Assembly (NCBI GenBank): GCA_977016875.1
Contig: CDRNST010000144.1
Location: forward strand, 372,001 to 436,000
Reading direction: 5' to 3'
From: Pavona decussata
Lineage: Eukaryota
Length of the DNA stretch: 64,000 nt
Position numbers and translations under genes: made by a program. The notes under the pieces are model-generated. The model was given only the letters and a program-made list of their open reading frames with translations, ran no database searches and had not been told where the DNA came from. The first letter of the stretch is position 1. Every line of letters begins with the position of its first letter. Of the stretch, positions 51,297-62,404 are shown one piece after another.

Positions 51297-51789
51297 TGCT
51301 CGGTGGAATCATTTGACATCCGTGACTATATAAAATGAAATTTTAAACATTACTTTCATTCAAGTCTTTTATATTTCTGATAGCAGTATAAACGAAGCAA
51401 GCAGAGCGTGTGAATGCGCAAGTTCACGTCAACTCCGTCGTAAACAAAATGTAAAATAATGTTGACGCTAAAAATAGACGCGGCAAGAAATTGTGTGAAC
51501 AGTTTGTTTTCATTTTGCGCTCGTTGACTATGTTTACATGAAAATATTTCAAGCTTTTATGCCTATACCGATCCGGCCATTTCGCTCCACGACAACCTAA
51601 AAATTAATTTGCTTCAGACTTTATTCAGATCTTGTCAAACGCTCCTCAGTGAAAACATTTGACATTCGCGACTATGCAAAATGAAATTTAAATTTTCGTG
51701 TGTGGTTTTTTATACTTCACATCGTGCAACGTGATTGTGAGATATTCGGCAGTTCGTGAAAATCTTGTCGGTACACTAGACTGTATCTA

Positions 51790-52104
51790 CCGTTTCTAAC
51801 GCTCATGCAAGTCGTTAATTTAAGCGTTAGATTTTTTCTCGGCCGTTTAACGCCTCCAGCTAAGCGTTAGAACAGGTTGCGTAAGCGTTAGAAAGTTTTC
51901 ATGAGCCGTTAGCCAGAATTAGTTAGGCGTTAGAGCGTTAGTGTTAAACGTTAGAACGCTCAAATGATCCGTTTGCCATGACCAGTTTGCCGTTAGACCG
52001 TTAGGACAAACCGTTAGAACGCTTTCAAGGCCGTTAACTACCCGTTAACTACCCGTTAGTTTTTAGCCGTTTAACGGATAAGCGTTAAAGTACGTTTTCC
52101 CGTG
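51790..52104 (+). mobile_element. Probable DNA-transposon right end (CMC/EnSpm-like) with subterminal CGTTAG motif array
   Basis: More than a dozen CGTTA(G/A) motifs ending in TTTTCCCGTG (CAC...GTG-type terminus). The matching left end was not found. Confidence 0.55.
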
Positions 52105-52627
52105 TACGGTCACATTTTTATTTATATACAATATGCGCAAAATGCATGCTTGGCAGAATGCGGTTTCTTTCTGGATAGTGAGCTAAGATAACGTTGCTAC
52201 CTTCTAGTAAATTCATGTGCGAGGAATTGGTGACAGCGTTACAAGTGTGGTAAAGAAACCTTCATACCATGATAACTCACACATCGATTTTCTTAAAACC
52301 TGAGCTCAGGGCAAAATGTTTTGCCCACATCAAATTTGTACCAAACACAATGAGGTTATCAATTCAAGGGCCAAATAGGATGAACTGACACATTAAAATC
52401 AACTATACAGTCATGGAAATTGCTCACGTGATTTCATTGATCCACTTGTAGATTAATTCCTACAAACCGACCATGGTGTGAGAACAGCGTCACCAACAGG
52501 GTTTATAGGAAAAACCTGAGCAAAATCCTAAATCGATCAGCTTTGGTGGCTTTTTTATTTATTGCACACTAAGTTTACAAGAGTGAAAAAATCCAAAATT
52601 TGTCGGATTTAAGATAGGAAGCATACG

Positions 52628-52788
52628 NNNNNNNNNNNNNNNNNNNNNNNNNNNNNNNNNNNNNNNNNNNNNNNNNNNNNNNNNNNNNNNNNNNNNNNNN
52701 NNNNNNNNNNNNNNNNNNNNNNNNNNNNNNNNNNNNNNNNNNNNNNNNNNNNNNNNNNNNNNNNNNNNNNNNNNNNNNNNNNNNNNNN
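52628..52788. other. Assembly gap (N run)
   Basis: Run of n characters. Confidence 1.
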
Positions 52789-53067
52789 TAGCTTTCTTTT
52801 CAAGACGCCTTCATATGTATTATTTTTACATAAATAAGGCATCTTAAATAAGGTGTGTCAGTTCATCTTATCGGAAAGCAAATTAGTGTTTCGCCAATGA
52901 GAATGTGGATTTCAAGTAACAAGTATTATAGCCCAATCATGTTAAAATCACCAGTTGTGACAAAAAATGTCAACTATTAAACAACAAAAGTAACGTGATT
53001 AACGTACTTTCGAGTTTGACTTATGATTGTGCAGTAAATGATTCTTCTTTCCGTTTTCATGTTCAGG

Positions 53068-53549
53068 TTGTGTGCGATAACAAGACTCAAGGAATTTGAT
53101 GAAAGGTATCTTTATTTGACTTTACTACCAACGATTTCTCTGCCCAGTTCAAGTCTTGCTATGCAGCAAACACTTTTGTTAAGTGCTATGAGGAAATACT
53201 ATGCCGTAGAAGCGCAGAATCAATTATTCAGGAGAACAGTTTGCCAAAAGAAGACCTGGAAGAGCTGCCGCATAAGAAAGCACGTACTTCAACAACTGAT
53301 GAAGTAAGTGGGAATCCGCTTGTTCCAACGAGGAAACCGTCACCAGTGCAAGTCACTCCGAAAGTAAAAGTGACAGCAAGGACACTAAATTCAGCAAGAA
53401 AAGAACGAGACTTGGTGAAGCAATCGAATAAGAGAGTACGTTCTTCTGCTACTGATGAAAAAAGTGAGAGTTCACCTGTTCCAGACAGAGTAGTTACTGG
53501 TACAAGTCATGACTCAAAAAGTGAAAATGAAGAGGACACAAGTTCATAG
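53068..53549 (+). pseudogene. Exon-like decayed coding segment of unknown family (basic/Ser-rich tail)
   Basis: ttcag acceptor, then VVCDNKTQGI**KVSLFDFTTNDFSAQFKSCYAANTFVKCYEEIL... continuing into ORF 53241-53549. Confidence 0.4.
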
Positions 53550-54575
53550 GATGGTGCATTTCTGAGTGAGATTACCGAGTATGCGGTTCACGATAAGTTA
53601 TAAGACATTATCGTTTGTGGTTTGAACAAAAGTCAGAGTGACTAACAATGCATGTCGAATTGAAGTGCTGATATGCTATTTTAGTTCAAAATTTGATGGG
53701 ATATTGCAGCGACAAATCGCCCTCAAATCGCACTGAGAAAACACCTCCATGGTACATTCTTCATTGCTAGGTTTAGCCCACTTAAGTCCATATTTTTAGT
53801 TTTTCTACTATGTTATGAACCCAAATATGCAGTATTTTGTTGCTGTTGTTATTGTTGTTGTTAGCTTAAGCTCACGATGAAATAATTGCCCAAATTCACT
53901 CTACCGTGAACTTTTGTTTCAACGCTTAAGAATGCTGAAGGCGCCAAAGTATATTTTATTTCATAGTTTTCATACCCAAGACTTGCAAGACTTGGGGATA
54001 ATCCATGAGTTGCAAACATAATCCGGTCATTCTCTAAAGAACCCTGAATGTGGGATTATAGAAAAAATGAAAAAAAAAAAAACAAGAGAGAAACAGTGAA
54101 AATATCACCTGTCGAGGTAGTTAAATTTCATCACTTGACTACCTTACCCTGCCTTCTTACCATTTGTTCTCGAGGTTAAATTGGTCAACCTAAAGTACAC
54201 GCAATTGTTTGACTTTTTTGTACTGCAAACATGAGGTGGCTTATGAATAATGTGTTATTTGTTGTAGGAATGCATAGAGTACTGGCGACATCACTTGTTT
54301 CGCCTCAACCAGACAGTCATGTACAATACTTTCAACAACATTCCAGTGGACAAGACCTGGAGTCCAATGGAGTCCAGTTGTGCAATAGAACCGTTAGTAC
54401 AGTCGAGTCTACTTGAATCATCGGAAGTCTAGTCATAAGATGAAACCGGAAGTGTAAACAATACAATGAGGAGGGTTGGAAAGTCGTCCGATGTACTCTA
54501 TTGGATCCATTGGAAATACATCAATTCAAATGGAATCTCCGGAAGTCTAGTCGTGCCATGAGCCAAAACTAGCCC

Positions 54576-54985
54576 ACTACACATGTAACATAACTCGTTC
54601 TTAAAGCAGTGAATCGATACAAGCATACTACACACCTAACGTAACTGGTTCTAAAAACCGTGAGTCAATACAAGCATGCTACAGTTGTAACCTAACTCGT
54701 TCTTTAAGCCGTGAGTCGATACAGGCACGCTAAAGACTAAGTCGAGACTAGCACACTACACATAGGTAACATAACCCATTCCTAAAGCGATGAATCGAAA
54801 CAAGCGCGCTACACATGACTTAACTCGTTCTTAAGTCATGATACCATACAAGCAAGCTACGTGCATGAAATACGACTAGTTTTCTTTTTTAGCGCCCTGT
54901 GTCCCCCAAGCCAGAAGTCGAGACTGGCCACTCCACATAATAGCTGAATCGAACAATCACACTACACATGTAAAATAAGTCCTAT
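54576..54985 (+). repeat. Minisatellite of ~51 bp units (about 7-8 diverged copies)
   Basis: 'ctacacatgtaacataactcgttcttaaagc.gtga.tcgatacaagca' at 54576, 54627, 54678, 54755, 54808 and degenerate copies beyond. Confidence 0.85.
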
Positions 54986-55135
54986 TTAAAATTCATAACT
55001 GGTTTGTCAATGATCGGTAAGGGTACAAATTCAAGTTGTTAAAACAGCGGCTTTCGCTGTGGGGTATCATTATTTTTTATCAGCCAGTATTTCTATTCTT
55101 TGGATACCTGAGATTGGTATGAAATGCAAATCGTG

Positions 55136-55264
55136 AATAGACCCTTCTCACTCGGCGGCCATGTTGAGTCTCAGGAGAATAAAAAGCTTTGTTTTTTGCA
55201 AGGCAACCCTCGCACTGAATTCGCCTGTGATTCAACATGGTTGCGAGTGAGTGCAAAGGTTGCA
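55136..55264. mobile_element. Short MITE-like hairpin element
   Basis: Imperfect inverted arms cactc..gc..ccatgttga.tc.cagg.gaat / attc.cctg.ga.tcaacatgg..gc.gagtg. Confidence 0.6.
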
Positions 55265-55552
55265 GGAGCATGGGTACAGCAATTGATCTGTGCACATTCA
55301 TGAAGTTGTCATCAACGAGACCATCAACGATTGTTTGTATCAGCCATACTTGTTGATACCATTTCGCTTTGCAAAAATGTTGCTTTTCAAAATGATTACC
55401 TACGCTTATTTTGATTGAATTTTGTATTTCACACTGTAGGGTTTTTTTTAACGTTAGTAGTTTTGCTGCTATCGTTAAAAAAGTTTGTTTCTGGAAGCAG
55501 GAAGATTCGTCCGTAAATGGCATGGAGTCTTTTATCGCCATGTGCAAAAATA

Positions 55553-55822
55553 TCAGTTTCTTAGACCCGGAATTAATGTCTGCGATGACCAAACAAGCAG
55601 CTGTGGTGCACAACCGTTCCCAAAGCCAAATAACACCAGTTTAAATGTATCCTTGTCGCCAATAGGTTTGGCCAAAAATATCCTCTGGTATTCTTGTGGC
55701 CAAGCTTTTAAAGTAAAAAATGCATCACCGTTGATGGTTTCAAACAAGTTCCTTCCTTCCGTCATAACTTCGTGTTTGCTAAGCAAACGGAACTTCCTAC
55801 AATACTCATTCAAAGTTGCCAT
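55553..55822 (-). pseudogene. Small intronless gene, copy 2 (homologue of 21289-21718), probably frameshifted in its 3' half
   Basis: MATLNEYCRKFRLLSKHEVMTEGRNLFETINGDAFFTLKAWPQEYQRIFLAKPIGDKDTFKLVLFGFGNGCAPQLL. Confidence 0.75.
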
Positions 55823-55947
55823 TTCAATGGATACCTCACGAGCGTGTGCATGATTGTTGTCTTATAACGTTTCATTGTTTAAAAAATCGCATGTTCTTTG
55901 TTTTATCATATCAATGCCACAGTACAGTTCTTGCTGGGTCACTCAAC

Positions 55948-57347
55948 ATGGCTTCTAATCATCTCCATCATCTAGATAAAAATCTGAGCCATTGCCATAA
56001 ACGCGATATTGATTGGGACGTTCTACCTCACTCTATATGGCAGGTTAGTTGGAAATAAATTTTCACATAAATGTTTTTTTTTTTTTTTTTTTCACAAATA
56101 GTAATACATTGCTTACGAATTCCATGTATCATTCTTCTAGGCAAGCAAACTCTTGGGAAAAGGAATGAAGCAACGAGACACTTCAATCCTCTTTGGAGAC
56201 CTTATCCCCGTGGCATTTAGCATGGGACATGCCTGTATGAAATGTTCATGCCTTCTGGACGAAACCGGTGATTCTGTGGGTGGCCTGTGTCATAACTACA
56301 GGTATTTACACATTTTATCTATCAAAAAGAACTACTAACCCTCACAAAACGCCTCAAAACAATTGTCAAAAAATATTTTAACCTACGATTTTTCAAACTT
56401 CTTCCAGTTCACAAACCATACCTGCTAAAAGAAGACAACATAAATATACACTTAGGTACCCAACTACCCAACATCTTTATTTACAACCATCTTTTGCATT
56501 ATTGTTTGAAGGGCGTTGTAAATCTATGTCCCACAAACACCTCGTCGAAATCCTAGAGCTGGTGGCAGACCGTGTGATTGTTTGTGATGTCTCACCAAAG
56601 TCTATGATTCTATCCCATTGCACATGGGATAAATTTGGTGAGATTCTAGCTGATGGGGGAGGAAGATCGCTTGGCTTGTTTGATGAGTAAATGTCATTTG
56701 TAACTACAATGAACATGTACTCATCAAACAAGATGCAAGTCTCAGATACACGGGAGTATCAGGATTTTCTACAACCGTTTACAGGAAAAGTCTACAACAA
56801 GAGAGTCAGGTAAAACCACATCCTTAAGTTTATGGTGATTATTGTAATATTGAACACAATTTAATGTTGCATTCCAATTTTATACTCCCCCTTTTTCTTT
56901 TCAATGCATCTTAAGAGTTCTGCCACTAAAATCTACCATCAATTTATTGTTTACAAAATATCACATAGATTTTAGGAATAAAGAAAGTAATAATAAGAAT
57001 AAAAAAGGAAAAAGACAGGAACAAAATGAGAAGAACAAGAAAAATATAAATTATAGCCTGCAGAGCAGGCATATTTTTAGTGGGCAAGCGTTAAAGGCTA
57101 GGATACAGGAAACAAATACTCTATGCCGCCATCTTGGATGATAAAGCTGACAGAGGGTTGGGGCAAGCCCAAAAAGGATTCCGAGGAAGAGATTTAACAA
57201 AGAAGAGGGGAAGGGGAAATGCCCCTCACCCGCCCCTCCTCTACTAGTCCCAATTCTCTACAAGCTGTGCATTTAAAATAGCGGCCTCTTAACAAGCGTT
57301 CAAATAAATGAGTGTTCCTACACCAAAATGCCTGCTCCGCCATATAA

Positions 57348-57406
<59 letters not shown>

Positions 57407-57704
57407 TCCCTCAACAAATGAAAAATATACATGTTATTATTTACGACCTGAATTAATTGTGCTATTTTCCAATCAACAGTCACCAGCAATGCAAATTTCA
57501 ATATGCAAAGAACCTCATCTAACTTTGTGGGCTTTACACAACCATACACAGCATTCTCAGTGACAGAGGATGCTTCAAACAATGCCAAGGGATTTTCTTC
57601 CCGTATTCTGTGGTATTTTCTAAAACCAGTATTTGCCACCCTCAGAGAACCCATTTTAGCTCCAGACGAATGCGAAATCGGGACCACATTTAAAGAGAAA
57701 TTGG
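55948..57704 (+). pseudogene. Four exons of a DUF3987/YfjI-like P-loop (AAA+/helicase-like) ATPase, copy 2
   Basis: Exons 55948-56043, 56141-56301, 56512-56809 and 57480-57704 with GT-AG introns. Walker A split by an intron (TTG|RCKS), TWDKFGEILA..GGRSLGLFDE* (Walker B), FVGFTQP and KGFSSRILW (sensor and Arg-finger-like). One stop and two frameshifts. Confidence 0.8.
57348..57405 (+). repeat. (ATT)n microsatellite inside an intron of the ATPase gene
   Basis: Perfect ATT run. Confidence 0.98.
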
Positions 57705-57899
57705 GTAAGTTTTTACATCCTACAACATCTTTTTGATTCCATATCTACCATGTAATTCTCTACATTTCTTAAAAATAATCAAGTCATACCATTGCAAAAA
57801 AATTCCAATTAGACAACTTCATCTTGCTTTCCACAATTCAGCCATATTATTTCTTAAATATATTTGTTGTGTTTTTAAATTTTAAAACTCAATACAACC

Positions 57900-60800
57900 T
57901 GTTACCGCCATAAAATCGACAGACTTTATTTTGATTGCTTACATCTTAATGACATTTCGTGTAATCGGACATGATTTTGTTTTTTGTTTTTTGTACCCGG
58001 ATGAGAGCACATGGCATGGTTTTTGGAGAAATGTACTACGGATTGAAAGTTTTTTTACAGCTGGTGTAAAAATGCTTGTAGTCATTATGTGGAGAACGTT
58101 AAACGGACATTAGGACTTTGTTTGTTTTGTCATCTTTAAGCTATTATCTGATTTTCGTGTTGATTAAATGTTGTTGATTAAGTTATTAATAGGGCGATTC
58201 ATAGGGTTCATTGTTTTACATAGAACATTCTAGAACATTCCAGAAGGACTCAAAATATCTTGTAATCAAACCTTTTCCGGTACGCGTGAGTTTTATTGAC
58301 AGATGAGTTGTTGTGCACTCTAGGTTTTAGTTGATCGACAGAGAAATACAGATCATGTAAAAATCATACTTGTGAGTCTTCAGTGTCACTGGGAGTTAGG
58401 GACAGGGAAACTAGGAAAATTCCCCACACTGAATGGTGGCGACCCTGCCAGGACAGTATTGGATCGGCCTTTACAGACTTCTTCACACAGACTTCAACGT
58501 GGACAATAGCTGACAATAGGTACACTGTAAATTCCTTTCTTGCGTAATAAGCTGAGTAGCAAAATCATCAGAAATATGGCTTTCATAGAGGACAAATTTA
58601 ACAAGCAACTAGAGGTAGCTAAACTCAAACTCGAGGAAATAAGGAAACTGTCGTTGAGTGAGCATATGGAGGATATTTCACTAGCTCATGACCAAATTCG
58701 AGCATTAATCACGACGCATGAGAAATCGAAGGAAGGGACAGTTGAATATTTGATAGAGTCAGATAAGGACTTAGAGTACATCAAAACGTGGCAAACAGAA
58801 AACAAGGGGGCCTTCCAGCCGTTTCGAGATGCTCATCTCGACATTAAAAAAAAATTAGACGAATTTATTAGGGCAGAACACCAAGCGCAAAAGATAAATG
58901 AAGAGCAAACAAGGCTCAAATTACGTCAACAAAAGGAAATCGAGAACGCGGTAATGGAACAGCCACAACGGGAAGAAGAATGGTATCTCCGAAAACTGGA
59001 CTTCGAAAAACAAATTGGGCAAAGTCATGCGGAACACGCTAAAGGGGCGGATTTCGGAAAACCTGACAAATCATCGCCACAGTCAGTAAAATTGCAAAAA
59101 TACACCATTACACCCTTCAATGGAGACTACAAAGATTCGCTACGGTTTTGGAACCAATTCTCGGTAGAAGTAGAGGGCTCGACAATATCGGAAATTAGCA
59201 AATTTAATTACTTACTGGAGCTCGTGAAGGGGAAACCTAAAGATGATATCTTAGGACTTCCACATAGCGAAGATGGTTACAAGGAGGCCAAGCGGATCCT
59301 AGAGCCGACCTATGGGAAGGACACCAAGGTGCAAAGGGCACTCATCAAGGAACTCGAAGATCTCGCCGGAATCACAAGTATCCACAGGCTCAGCAATATC
59401 CACGACTTCTACAACAAGCAATGTTTAATCAAGTTGCTGTCCCGCCAGAGGATCAAGTTGCCCTTCGTTTTCTGTGGCGTCAATCACCTGGATCTGAAGC
59501 AGAAGTCTATCAACACCAGCGTCACATCTTTGGAGCCAAGTGCGCACGAACTTGTTCTAACTATGCGCTTCTCAGAAGTGCAGAAGAAAATAAACTGCAG
59601 CCCTTGCAGTAAAGCGAAACTTCTACATGGATGACTTTTTCAAGTCCGTGGAATCGAGCAGCGAAGCTCTGGAACTGCAACAGCAACTGGTTGCAATGCT
59701 GAAGTTTGCAGCATTTAACTTGACCAAATGGATCTCAAATGAAAAGGAAATGATCGAGCGTATAACAGTATCAGAGAGAGCTCCCTCTGTAAAGGTGGTT
59801 GAAGAAGAAACTGTCATGCCTGTGGAACGTGCTCTTGGTGTCATTTGGGACACTAACTCTGACTGTTTTGTCTACAAGGTGGTTAAAAGGGATTTGGCAG
59901 ACACGCAATGCAAAATTTTGAGTCTGATAGCATCATTGTTCGATCCAATTGGGCTCCTGGCTCCATTCCTGGTGCGAGCAAAAATCTTTCTTCGACAAGT
60001 GTGGCAGTTTGGTATTGGCTGGGATGATGCACCACCAGCAGAATTCCTCATAGAGTGGTCCAAATGGCAGGAGGAACTGGAGGGGCTTTCAGAATTCTTT
60101 GTTCCCCGGTTTTATCGTCATGTTGTGGACACTCCATCTGTTATTGAGCTCCATGTATTTGGAGATGCCAGTGAACTGGCATTCTGCTTAGTAGCTTACT
60201 TTAGATTCAGCTATGCTAGTGGAGCTGTGAGATGTGCCTTTGTTACAGCTAAGATGCAAGTAGCACCCAAGAAGCCATTGAGCATTCCTAAGCTTGAACT
60301 GCAGGCCGTAGTATTCAGTGCGAAGTTATCTGCTGTAGTAATCAAGGAGCATGATTACAACATTGATTCTAAATACCTTTGGACTGACATTAGCACTGTA
60401 TTTCAGTGGATTCGTGGAGAGTCAAAGTGCTACCCTGCATTTATCGGTAATCAAATTGGTGAGATTCTGGACATGACGGAACCCAGTCAATGGAACCACT
60501 GTCCAGGTCCATTAAACCTGCAGATGATGGTAGCAGGGGACTTCCGGTTAGGTCAATCGGGTCAGAGAGCAGGTGGCTAAATGGTCCTGCCTTCCTGCAT
60601 CTCCCTGAAGAGAAGCGGCCAAAGGGGAATTTACAACTTGAAGCCTCCAACCAACCCATGAATGACCTGCAAACCCAAGACATGGCAGTAAATTGGACTG
60701 GTGCAGTGCAAGATTCAAGGCGTAAATTCATTTCCTTGGATAAGTAGTCATCCTTGACGCGACTCCTCAGAGTAACTGCCAGCAGTTTTTGGTTTATTTA

Positions 60801-62404
60801 CAACTGCAGACGCGCAGCGGCTAAACATCGAATTCGTCAGTTGTCAGTTGAAGAGTTGGAGCAAGCTCAGAAATTCTGGATCCGCAAGGCTCAAGCAGAG
60901 TCCTTTCCCCAAGAAGTTGCCACTCTCAAGAAAATTCTACCCATTTCAAGCAAGAGCAAATTGGTTTCTCTTTCACCCTTCTTGGACGAAGAAGGAATGG
61001 TTCGTGTTGGTCGGATTGAGAGAGCCAATATACCATATTCTGGCCACCACCCTTTGGTGTTGTCACCTGAGCATGAGCTGAGCCGTCTTATCGTCATAAA
61101 CTGCCATGAAATCATTAAACATGAAGGCGTTGGACATGTCCGAAACGAATTAAGACAACAGTACTGGATTCTGCGCTGCCGTGCAACAGTCCGAAAGATT
61201 CTATATCAGTGTTCTTATTGCAGAAGGCGAAGAGCAAAACCAGAAGCACCATTGATGGCTGGCCTTCCCTCTGATCGTCTACAAGTTGCACCGGCATTCT
61301 CGAAAGTTGGAGTAGATTTCTTTGGTCCACTGAAAGTGAAGCATCTCAGGAAACAAGAAAAGAGATATGGTTGCCTCTTTACTTGTCTCGTGACAAGACG
61401 TGTGCATTTGGAAGTTGAGCACTCTTTGTCTACTGACTCTTTCATCATGTGTCTTCGACGGTTTATAGCAAGACGAGGTAAACCAACTGTCATCTACTCT
61501 AACAATGGAACAAACTTTGTGGGAGCCAACCGCGAGTTAAAAGAATGCCTTTGTGAGTGGAATCAAGATCGAATTGCAAATACACTGAGTCAAGAAGGAA
61601 TTCAGTGGGTATTCAATCCACCCGCCGCACCCCATATGGGGGGAGTATGGGAGCGTTTAGTGAGGTCCTGTAAGAAAGCCCTTGATGCTGTCCTGCAGAA
61701 TCAAGTCCTCACGGATGAAGTATTAGTGACCGCCATTACTGAAGTTGAGTGGCTAGTCAACAGTCATCTTTTGACTGAGGTGAGCTCTGATGTGGACGAT
61801 CTTGGAGCGTTGACTCCGAATCATTTTATTATTGGTAGAGCATCTCCTAATCTGCCACCTGGTATTTTTGCTGACAAAGAGATATCGTCTCAGAAGCGTT
61901 GGCGTCAGGCACAAGTTATCACCACCCATGACTGGAATCGATGGTTGCGAGAGTACCTGCCTGGTTTAGCTGTTTACAAGAAGTGGTTTCAGCCTATGGC
62001 GAATGTTAAGATTAGTGATTTGGTGCTGGTAGTAGACTATGGAACCCTGAGAGACTCCTGGCCTCTTGGCAGAATTGTCAGAGTTTTTCGCTGGCCATGA
62101 CAATGTCGTAAGATCACCTGAAGTGAAGACCAAGTTTGGTTTGATGAAACGTCCTGTTGTGAAACTAGCCCTCCTAGAAGAGTGTTCGTCCATTTAACTC
62201 AGCCGAACACCGGGGGTGGATGTTACCGCCATAAAATCGTCAGACTTTATTTTGATTTACATCTTAATGACATCTCATGTAATCGGACATGACGTTGTCT
62301 TCTGTTTTTTGTACCCGGATGAGAGCACATGGCATGGCTTTTGGAGAAATGTACTACGGATTGAAAGTTTTTTACAGCTGGTGTAAAAATACTCGTAGTC
62401 ATTA
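57900..62404 (+). mobile_element. BEL/Pao LTR retrotransposon, internally deleted, with truncated 3' LTR
   Basis: 5' LTR TG..CA at 57900-58428; PBS-like tggtggcgaccctgccagga at 58434; purine-rich tract gggggtgga before 3' LTR 62221-62404, which matches the start of the 5' LTR. Confidence 0.95.
58576..62197 (+). pseudogene. BEL/Pao gag-pol remnant (gag DUF1759, partial RT, Pao RNase H region, integrase)
   Basis: FNGDYKD..RFWNQF..SKFNYLLELV (gag); MFNQV...RFLWR and FYMDDFF (RT); FDPIG and LHVFGDASE..SIPKLELQA; integrase H..GHV..C..C, GVDFFGP, RRFIARRG, PPAAPHMGGVWE. Several frameshifts. Confidence 0.95.

Noticed and set aside
52609-52842. ORF spanning X residues
   Set aside because: Artefact of the N gap.
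55080-55853. ORFs 55080-55613 (-), 55411-55644 (+) and 55485-55853 (+)
   Set aside because: They are shadow frames of the small gene, and one runs through a MITE. Only 55553-55822 has a homologue in the window.
58434-58452. tRNA gene
   Set aside because: Only a primer-binding-site-length complement; no cloverleaf. No tRNA or rRNA genes were recognised in the window.
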